Translations under genes and position numbers: made by a program
Part shown: positions 1-9,932 of the stretch, piece after piece
Layout: the number at the start of each line of letters is the position of its first letter
How positions within the stretch are numbered: position 1 is the first letter of the stretch
From: Vairimorpha necatrix
Taxonomy: Eukaryota
Assembly (NCBI GenBank): GCA_036630325.1
Contig: CP142728.1
Span: 1,426,001-1,467,808 of the forward strand
Reading direction: 5' to 3'
Length of the DNA stretch: 41,808 nt
Notes under the pieces: model-generated
Told to the model about the DNA's origin: nothing
What the model saw: the letters and a program-made list of their open reading frames with translations, nothing else
Databases searched by the model: none

Positions 1-120
1 TTGATTGGCAATAATTAGGTATAAATGCGATTATTAAAATCATTATTTTCTACGGACTAAAAATATATGACCGGAGAAACCTTATGTTTATCAATAGATT
101 ATATGACTAAATTTAGTAAA

Positions 121-620
121 GCACATGTAGCGGAAGAGCTTTTTTATAATTATAGTAAAAAGCTGCGATTACAATTCTTGTGACAGCCCGTGTTTTTTCA
201 CTGTTAATGTAATTTTTTTTTACTTTATGCTCATGATCTTATTTATCAGCTAATGATTTTTATACAATTTAATACTTCGGAAATTTGAGTATACATCTGT
301 ATTCCAACTTTTCAACTTCTCGCGACACGTGGGATGCGCAAGCGCTATAAGGTCTTGTCCATTGAAGTTGGTATAACTAACGGTACTCAAATTTCTGAAG
401 TATATAATTCGTATAATAATCATTTGTTGATAGAAGATCATGAGCATAAACTATAGAGATTATTACACTATCAGACAAAAAATTGACTGTCTTGTGATGT
501 GATATTGTATAATACTCTATTTATAGTAGTATTAATTTCACAAAACTTCATTGTCATTCCAAACTTGTCTTATCTCTTTATTGCACCAATCCAATCTTTG
601 ATTTCTCATTGCCCATAAAC
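121..620 (+). pseudogene. Degenerate restriction-like endonuclease (RLE) domain of an R2/R4-type non-LTR retrotransposon
   Basis: The + frame from 271 reads NTSEI*VYICIPT...RKRYKVLSIEVGITN, followed by FHKT (~538) and IAPIQSLI (~580) remnants. This matches the recalled RLE-clade C-terminal order EIRVDTRI..T / IEVGIT / FHK / AYIQS. Stops and frameshifts are present; boundaries are approximate. Confidence 0.65.
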
Positions 621-1048
621 AAAAAAATTTTATTTAATATTTTAGGAGGGAAATTTAAAATAAACAAAAATTTAAAAGAGCGTAGATTTTGAATTTAAAG
701 GATTTAATAGCAAAAATAAAACAAATTTTTGTTATAAATTAATTAAAAATATACAATCAAAAACTAAACAAATATGTTAATTACTCTTTATTCAATGATC
801 TTTATTTGAAATTTATTATTAATTTTTCTTTGTCTATAGAGTAACAACTCAATTAAAAAGATGACCAGATAATATTTTTTGAAATTTAATACGGCCTTTA
901 AATTTTTTAAATTCTCTGGCATTTTTGAAGAAATTCAAAATTTAATTAAATTTTTTCTAAAAATCAATCGTAATGTCAAACTAAAATATTTTTTCCATAA
1001 TAATAGTTACAGTTGTAAAATTTTAAGAGTTTAGGAATTCATTATTTC

Positions 1049-1888
1049 GGCTGAAGATGCCCAAACACCCCCCCCTCAGAGGGTGTTCACTTTATTTTTT
1101 CGAACCCCAAAATTGAAGTGCAAAATAAAGGAGGAGCAAAGAAGAGACAAAAATTACTAAGTACTTATTACATTAAAAACAAAAAATAAACATACGTTTA
1201 TGTACAGAATTATATTTTAATTTAAGTTTGTATATTTATAACAATTGATAAGCAGTTTTTACCCTTCTGATTTATTAGAATTGGGGACCAAAATGCCTTC
1301 CTCTGAGGGTGTTCACTTTATTATTTTAAACCCCAAAAACGAAGTGCAAAATAAAGGAGGAGCAATCATTAGCATTCAAATTACTTGCATCTTTAAACAG
1401 TAAAAATACCAAATAATTATATATTTGTATACGAAATTTAATTTAAAAAAAGAATATAATCATAAAACTACAAAATTCTAAATAACTTGGCATCTTTCAA
1501 ATTAATTTTTTTGATTTAACAATCTGTATAGATCGTTGAACATTTATTTAAATTTTCTTATATAAATAATATTTATAATTTTAATTACTGGTTTATTATA
1601 AAAGTAGATTTTTGAAGAAAATCTACTTTTATAATAAACCAGTAATTAAAAAAAAATTTAGAAAAATAAGAAGGGCAAAAAAGATACAACACTTTAAATG
1701 ATTATTAGAACTACATTTAAAATTAATTTTTGTATACAAGCATATATTTATTTGTTATTTTTAATGTAATAAGTACTTAGTAATTTTTGTCTCTTCTTTG
1801 CTCCTCCTTTATTTTGCACTTCGTTTTGGGGGTTCAAAAAAATAAAGTGAACACCCTCTGAGGGGGGGGTGTTTCGGATCCTTCCTCC
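1049..1888. mobile_element. Non-autonomous DNA transposon (MITE-1), Merlin/IS1016-like
   Basis: Long imperfect TIRs (~180+ bp) with GG...CC termini. 8-bp TSD ATTATTTC at 1041-1048 and 1889-1896 (a 9-bp CATTATTTC reading is also possible). The paralogous site at ~29837 has one ATTATTTC and no element. No coding capacity. Superfamily inferred from GG termini plus 8-bp TSD. Confidence 0.93.
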
Positions 1889-1974
1889 ATTATTTCTAAA
1901 CTATATTATTATTGTGTACATATATATTTATATTTTAAAATCTTATTTGATTCTGCAGGAATCTTTTCATTTCT

Positions 1975-2275
1975 TTAAGCATACATCCAGTCTAATGTGA
2001 TGAAGAAAACTCCAGAGTCCATCTCCTTGGAACGACGAACAAGATACGATAAAGATTATGCAGAAGAAGAAGTAGTGTTAGAGCTATAAGCGCACTAGCG
2101 AATATGGCGACTGTTGAACAAGCGATGTCGGTATAGGAGAATGAAGCTAAAAATGTGGAGTTGAAAAACATAAATAATTCCACATAAACCAAAGTCTATG
2201 GAGAGCCGAATCTAGTGAGCGATACCGGGGGAACTGTGCTGATCTAACTTACATGATAAATTAACTCAATAAATC
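1975..2275 (+). mobile_element. 5'-truncated 3' fragment of an RLE-type non-LTR retrotransposon (subfamily with ...ESISLERR tail)
   Basis: The + strand from 1979 reads AYIQSNVMKKTPESISLERRTRY, matching the recalled RLE C-terminus EAYIQSxVLKKTLESIS. The 3' boundary is approximate. Confidence 0.75.
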
Positions 2276-3031
2276 TTTTATATGTTGTCAACACATGATA
2301 CAAACATTGAGGTACTTACGAATGTAGTAACGACCATGCAACTTTCGTTTGATTGTGTGACCCAACTTGACATGCCTTTCAAAACGGTTGACATATTTTT
2401 GACATCTGTCCATGTGTTATAGTAATGTACATCACAGTATCTAAGAAAAACAAAATCTCAATAAAGAATATTAGTTAAATCATATAAACATGTTTTTATT
2501 ATTTTTTAGTTGAAATTCTTAAAAGAATGTAGTTCATATATAGTTGTAGCAGATCAAATACATATTAAACATATTCTTACAAATGACAGTTTTAACTTGT
2601 TGAAAAAATTATTTAAAAAAATCTACTTTAGAGGGTATGGAAAATAAGAATAACAAAATTACCAGATATAATAGAGAGATTGAAATACGATGCCACTAAA
2701 TCTTAAAATGTGCGGTCACATATGAAAGTATTTTGTATATAATTAGGACATATACTTGTTTTTGCCGTGTAAAATGTTTATTATTTTTTAGTATAACAAG
2801 TATATATATATTAGAAAGGTATATTTGGATCAAGATAATCTTATATAATTTAATTTCCCAAAAGAAAGCATAGAACTAATATTGTAAATTGTTTATTATT
2901 TGGTTAAATCGTTTAATGATCTTTCAATCTGACTAATTTGAAATTTTTCTTTATGTATAGAAAGAAAACAAAAAATTAAAGGAAGTTGAAAATATAATTG
3001 GTTTTCTTAAAGGATAACAAAATTAAAATAC

Positions 3032-3170
3032 GTGTGCTTGGCAGAATGGTTGCACCTTGATTTGATATCGAAGGTCCAAGGTTCGATTCCCGGTGGCAAT
3101 AAAATTAAAATTTATATTCGCTGTGTAGAAATAGATGCTGTTGGGCATACAGACGTCACTAAATATAATA
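3032..3170 (+). other. tRNA-derived sequence (SINE head or tRNA pseudogene) with Pol III A and B boxes
   Basis: A box TGGCAGAATGG at 3039-3049 and B box GGTTCGATTCC at 3080-3090, with tRNA-like spacing. Acceptor and T stems do not pair properly. A GC-richer tail ends in ...acagacgtcactaaatata. Confidence 0.65.
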
Positions 3171-3799
3171 TTTCAAATTGAATGACTAAACAAATATTAT
3201 GAAAATAATTCTTGAAATGAATTGATTAGTAATTTCTGAAATATATTCACAATTCGAATTTAAATACATATAATTTGTCATTCTGTGTTTCAAAATACCA
3301 TGACTGTGTATTTTATAAGGATCTAAAAGCCAATTATGGCACTCTTGATGTAGAAATTTATGAAGTTTGTTTTTATACAAACAAGATTAGTATAAGATGG
3401 AGATCTGTTCAATTATTTTATTAAAGACAAAGAAGTTTAATAAGTTTGCTTTTAGTGTTCTGTGTAAGAGAAAGGGCCATCTGAATTCTAGATGATTTAT
3501 TTTTATATAGACATTATATTAATCTGATAAATCTATACAGAAGTTATAAAACCTTTATTTTAATATATTTATTGATTTAATGATGCGATTAGAGGCTTGT
3601 ATATAAAAATATTCTTAATTAAAAAAAATGGTTACGTCGGAGATAGTGAAGCGCAAGTATTCGGTAATAGTTAAGTGAGTAGAAATACCCTATATCAATT
3701 GGATTGTTAACTTAATTTCTTTTGAGTTCATGTATAAGATTTCATCTTCTCTTCTACTCGCCAAGAATACGAAATTTTAAATTAAATAAAGGCTATAAG

Positions 3800-4230
3800 T
3801 CAAAATTATGTTTTTTGAACTTTTAAATTTTTAATTATTCAAAGATGACAAGTATATATATTCAAACACCAAGAATAAGAATAAAATCATAAAAAAAAAA
3901 TTATCTAAAATGACATAATTTTGATTTGTTTTTTTCATTGATGAAAAGAATTTATACACATTTATAAAAAATAAGAAGTTGATAAAAATCATAAAAAAAT
4001 TTTGTCTAAAATGCAATAATTCTAATTTTAGAGTTTTGAAATTTTCATTTTTTAAATGAGGAAAATTCTATATACATATATATATATACAATAAGACTGA
4101 AAAGAAAATCATGAAAAAATAATTAGTCTAAAATGCAATAATTTCTAATTTAAGAGATTTAAATTTTAGATTTTCCAAACTTGACAATATATATACAAAT
4201 GTAAAAAGAAAGAGAAGAAAATCATGATAA
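3800..4230. repeat. Degenerate tandem repeat, ~100-120 bp unit, about 4 units (paralog ~31750-32185)
   Basis: Anchor aaaatcat recurs at 3883, 3985, 4105 and 4218; the first three are followed by tctaaaatg. Confidence 0.6.
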
Positions 4231-7200
4231 TTAATTGATGAAAATAATCACCCCAAAATAATTCATTACAAAAGAACTCAGCTATATCATGAATGTTTAA
4301 AAGTAATTATTCTTGACATTTTAAACGATCAACTAATTATTAAGAAGAGATGCACTTGTATATGTATATATATATTTAAGAAGAGATAATAATATTGACA
4401 AGACAAAAATAATCTGATATTAAAATTTGGAATAAACAGTATTGTAAGTACCAAACTTCAAAAGTAGACTTAATATTCTTTGCGATTAAAAAATTCTAAT
4501 TCTATCTATAGCTTGCAAACAAAGTAAAGTTAGTATACATACTAGAGAAACATTAAAAATTAGTTTAATCATTTTTTCAACAAACACTGTTAAATACATT
4601 GTTTTGGAGCTATTTATCTTAACAACCGAACTAGATGATTTAAGAAATTTTTATTTCGAACAGATTCCAATTAATACTACATAATTGAATAATCTATGTG
4701 TGATAAATTATTTGCACACTGAGACGTGGCCTGCCCTGAGGATTAGCTATTATTGACTTGCACATCGATAGACTGAAGAAATGATTGACTTTATATGGCA
4801 AAATGAGCAGGTATATATATGTAATAAAGACAAATAAAGATTTAAATAACAAATGTTTTTTGTGTTTTAAATAATTCCAATTAGTCATTAGCATTTTACA
4901 TAAACAAGACACTTTTATTGAAAGACTAGGAAAGATTAAATATTAAGGATCGAAATCGCAGAAAAAATAGACAAAAAAAAAAAACATTCTTTTTTAGGGC
5001 GTAAATCAACCATGAAATCTATATATAAAATAAAATAAAAATTATATAATACTAGAAATTCAAAATGCCAACAAAATTTATAAATTTACACTAAGATATG
5101 TGTAGATATAATAAACATGGCAAGTACTTAATATAAATATACATAAATATACTAAGAAATAAAAATCGTATTAATAAGAGCATATTTATTGCAACATTCA
5201 GATGTATCTATGTATAAAAGAATGAAATACCCCAGAATCAATTACATCATATATTTTATTCGTACAGACTTGACATAATGAACAAAAACGTATTTTAATA
5301 ATATAACATAAGATAATTTTATGTTTCTGAGTTATGATAATTTCGACAAATTAATAAAAAAAAAAATATTCCGTATGTAAAAAGAATAAACAAATTATAT
5401 TAAAGAACCCAATCGATGAAAATTAAGTATTGTAAACATTCAAACTATTGTTCTTTTTGGCAAGACAGATAGCCCAAACCCCCAAAAATTAAATAAAAGA
5501 CAAATTAAAAAAAAATTTTACGTATCTTATATATTCTAAAAATATAATGTCAGTGTAAATATACTATTATTAATATTCTGTAGACTGATTATAGAGATTT
5601 TGACCTACAATAAATGATATAAGAGAAATAATATTTTTATTAAAGGGTAAAATGAACAAAAGTTGAAAAATAAAAGAAATATACATTGGGAATAACGAGA
5701 TTATTATTATTTTTGATTTTAATTACAAGAAAAAATATTTTTTTACGCCATACATACAATAAAATAAAAGAAATCTGCAAATTTATATTTGATATGTTTA
5801 GATTTCATTACGTTAACATTTTTTTTTAAATTATATAATCTTAACAATGAAAAATTTATATTTTATGATACTATATTTTTTGAATATTCCAGGGATGAAA
5901 ATATTTTTCAAATATGGGGTGAATGGTCATTTAAATATAACATTTCTAAAAAATAATTAAATTGATATATTTTTGAATTACACCCCTAATAGATATACTT
6001 TTTGTTTTCATATAATTAGACTATCTAAATCATACACAATTCAAATAGAGAAGAGAACGATATATAAATAGAAAAGAAAACAAATAAAAAGATTACATAT
6101 CTAACAATAGTTATAAAACTGTACACTAAATCAAATTTATTGTTCACATTAGAAATTATACCATGGATTAAATAATTGCAGACATAAATTTTGACTGAAC
6201 CTTCCTGGGATTGATTTGGTTGTAAATTAAATTTTTATAAAAATGCACATATTTTATTTATGTTCTATAAAAAAAGGAAAAAGACATTATATTCACATTA
6301 TAAGTTACTTTAAAAATATTTGACACAAAATAAACAATGCATAGAACAAATTAACTCGTTTCATCCTTATTTCTAAAACCAAATTCCGTACACAATTTTA
6401 ATTTGGCAGAAAAACAAATCCCTAGATGAAAGATTATCGAAATGTCATTTCTTACAATAAAAATTTTGATGTTATGTTCAAGCCATTTATAATATTAAAG
6501 GCGAAAATATATATATGCGAGAAATTAATATTTACAAAATAAAAGAAACATTTTCTTTGAAAAACAGTCCAACATTTATTTTAGATGAATCAATAGCTTT
6601 CATTCCTCGTATAAAGGACAAGGATCATATATATCATTATTAAAATAGAAATACTGTCATTATTATTTGTTTGTTCCGTAAATCCGAACCAAATCCTCTA
6701 TCGTATAACAAAACATAAGGTTACACATTTGATAATCTTTATGAATTTTTAGATTGTAATTTAGTACTGTTTCCTTAATAGAGATGTATTGTTTTTTTTT
6801 TAAAATATCAGTTGTTGATAAAATCTAGACAAGAAATTAATATGAAAATTACCTTATAAAACAAAGATGAAATACGCTTAATACGTACAATTCATGTCGA
6901 ATTAATATAATCAACTTGTTATAAATTAAGAATATTTTGTCAAGCAACATGATTCAATGTATCTGTGTAAAATCAAAAAATAAATTCTTACTCAAAAAAT
7001 AAATTATATAAAATATAATAATTTGAAATATTTATATTTTTCAATTATTATTTTTAAATGACAAGAAACGTACCTATATTAAAAAGATAATACAAGCGTT
7101 AAAATGATGTGAATCTAATACACTCTTTAAAAATCAAGACAACTTGCATTTTAGACATAAAACTATGTATGTAGAAATTTTTAAGTTAAAAAATTTGTAT

Positions 7201-7499
7201 TAAAACTTGCATCAGCAATATATATAGAATGGATCAAAAATATTATGTTCAAAACATAAAACTTTTCGTTTTTTTTTTACAATTTATAATCAATAGTGTA
7301 ATATAAGGAAAATTTACATATAGAGTATTAATAAACTGAAAACGAATGTTCCTTATATAAATTAGAGATGATTATTGTATAAAAAATAATAAGTAATATT
7401 GTATAAAGTAGCTTTTAAAAACTATTTTTAAATTTTTAATTTTTGTAGTAGACACTGAATATGTAGAACATTTTGAAAATACTTATGATATATAAAATG

Positions 7500-8700
7500 A
7501 ATATCCAGTCCTTTTTGTTTAAGATTAACGTCGCTAGAAAAAATTATTGTAACTAAGCCCTTTCCATAATGACTATTAAGATTTACTTTTTTTGAAAAAA
7601 CTTTTTTGTTCTCCGCACGACGAAGTTTTTTTTGGAAATCATTAATAAATTTTATATAACAATGAGCTTAAAAAAATACAAAAATAGAACTTTACTATTA
7701 ATGAACAACTTCACTTACAACTAGAAATAAAATTGATGTTTACATCGACCGTGTATTCAAAGAGAGGCCAGTTTTTTAAAAAAACATTATTGATGCAGTG
7801 TTTAATGAAATTTGTTAATGGTGAATTTACGATTAGAAGAATTTATCTAGGAGCATCATCTTTTCTTTTATACGATTCTATATCCCCATTTTTAAAATTC
7901 AAATAACTGGTGGTCAAAGAAGTCCGTAGAAAGCAGGATCGAATATTAGAAATGTTAGAAGTCGCGTAAAAGATTCATGTAATGATAAGTGACATTCTTG
8001 TAAGTTAATATTGTACATTGTTTAGCAATTTAGAAATTATTTAAATCTTAGTTTCTTATCAGCAGTGAATCTTGACGATGTAACATAAAGATAGATAAAA
8101 ACATATGTTCTGAAACGAAAAATTATACAATATGCCCTTTCTGTAAAGGATATGAGAATTCAAATTGGTATTTATCAATAAACTACTTCACTAAACGTAT
8201 GAGGTTAAATTTATTGTTAACAAAATTCTATGTAATGGTTCTCTCTTATTTTACATTGAAAAAAAATAAAAATTAGGAAGAGAGTAATATAATGAGCAAA
8301 ATAGAGAATGTCTAGAAATAATATCTAATGAAGGATCATTAACATTTTGAAAAATTTATTTCAATCGAAAAGCGAAATTATTAGATAAGAAATTTAGCAT
8401 ATAATAAAATTTGAAAGTTTGTGCATACACTAAATGATTGCAATTACATATCTGTCATATAAAGTATATATTGACACTGATTCAGACAAAGTTTAATATC
8501 AGCTTTAAAAGTCTTTATTAGTAAACATTCAACTTTAGATAATATAATAGTAATAAATAGATAGTGTATTATCATATAAACTGTTTACAGTTATAATTAA
8601 GATGAATCAGTAGAACAAAATATTTTAAATGTAAAGTCATAAATAATTAGAACATTATATTAACCATATTAAAGACTTATATTCTATTATAATGAATAAT
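7500..8700 (+). pseudogene. Possible heavily decayed leucine-rich-repeat-like gene remnant (paralog ~36310-37530)
   Basis: Scattered short + strand peptides (RLEEFI, LEMLEV, FSNLEI, LNLSFL, NLKV) resemble LxxLxL repeats. There is no continuous frame and these could arise by chance in AT-rich DNA. Confidence 0.25.
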
Positions 8701-8779
8701 TAAATGAGTTTAATAAAATAATATATTATAAAAACGTATATATGATATAAATTTCTATAAAGTATGAGAATGATTATTT

Positions 8780-8802
8780 TATATATATATATATATATAT
8801 AT
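8780..8802. repeat. (TA)n microsatellite (paralog 37597-37621)
   Basis: Perfect TA run. Confidence 0.9.
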
Positions 8803-9214
8803 CAGTAAAAATCTAGAGTTTAGTATAAAAAAAAATATATTTAGAAAAAACATGTTGGCCATGTAAAAGAAGGTGTGTAGTAATTTGGTTGTCGGTAATG
8901 AAGTTTGTTTTTTTTAATAATAAAGATAATTAAAACAACGGATTATATTACAATAAATACTAAATGAAGGATAAATCATCAGATCAAGCCTTGTAGAACC
9001 TAATATTTTTTATCGATGTAAGGTTCATATTAATCTTGTCTATTATATTTAATAAAACTAATCTTTTTGTAATATTTAATTTATATATTTAGGGATCTGA
9101 AATTATCTTCATTTAAGGAAAATATTTAAAAAAAATATTTTAAATATATTATGATTAAACAAAAATGATATATTAAAAATTTAAATAAGATAACTTATAG
9201 AGTATAATAAAAAG

Positions 9215-9240
9215 ATATATATATATATATATATATATAT
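9215..9240. repeat. (AT)13 microsatellite, much shorter in the paralog at ~38034
   Basis: Perfect AT run. Confidence 0.9.
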
Positions 9241-9299
9241 TTGAATAAAAAAATAATCTAATAATAATATTGTTGTGTTATATAATATAAAAAATAGGT

Positions 9300-9525
9300 T
9301 AAACTATCAAATACTCTAAGAATTTAATAGCGTACATCAAGATGATTAACAGAAGACAAACTAAAGCATTCCAATAGACTACAAAAGAGGTGTGAAGGTT
9401 CTGATTTAAAAAGGACTAAGAGCCGAGAAGCTGCCCACAAACAGGAGACGCTAATGCGGAAACTATTCAGAATATACTAGAATATAAAACACCATTAGCA
9501 TATCCTGTATTAATTCATTTTTATT
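9300..9525 (+). mobile_element. Degenerate 3' fragment of RLE non-LTR retrotransposon (ACAAACAGGAGACGCTAA subfamily)
   Basis: Aligns to 21090-21290 through gcgtacatc.agatgat, acaaacaggagacgctaa.gcgga and attcattt. Confidence 0.8.
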
Positions 9526-9646
9526 AGAATAATAATAATAATTATGTTTTATATATTTATAAAGATTGTTAATATATATTATAACAATGGTATTTATTAT
9601 GTTATTTTCTGGAATAAACTATATTTTTCCATATTAAATATGAATT

Positions 9647-9932
9647 TGTGGTATTATTTACCACATTATTATATTTTCCCTCCAAATGAATTTTCTAGAA
9701 TTTATTTTTCTATAAATATTTTCTTTTTATTTTTACCCCCACCAAAATATGTCAAGAAGAACAGAGGAGTCTAGAAATCAGCAGTATCAATCACTGCATC
9801 CCCAGAAGAGGAAGATAAAGCCCAGAGAGGCAGATTTAATAATACAACTTTAATTATAATAAAACTTCAATACTTGGCAGAAGCATTATAGAATGGTATC
9901 TGAGGAGCGGCCAACTCCTGGGTAATACCTAA
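9647..9932 (+). mobile_element. Solo LTR (286 bp)
   Basis: Starts TGTGGTATTA and ends TAATACCTAA (CA in the paralogs). 5-bp TSD GAATT at 9642-9646 and 9933-9937. Homologous to both LTRs of 38452-40429. Confidence 0.93.

Noticed and set aside
250-447. Minus ORF with LIALAHPTCREKL, reminiscent of acetyl-CoA hydrolase or PAS motifs
   Set aside because: Only a short resemblance; it is antisense to the better-supported RLE remnant (IEVGIT).
1992-2192. Minus ORF resembling a small membrane protein
   Set aside because: Antisense to a purine-rich retroelement tail, and the frame is disrupted by indels in the paralog.
3032-3100. Functional tRNA gene
   Set aside because: Acceptor and T stems do not pair, and no credible anticodon arm is present.
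9544-9774. ORF apparently conserved with 38369..38578 (FPPNEFSRI...KKNRGV)
   Set aside because: The shared part is LTR sequence; the upstream frames differ between the copies.
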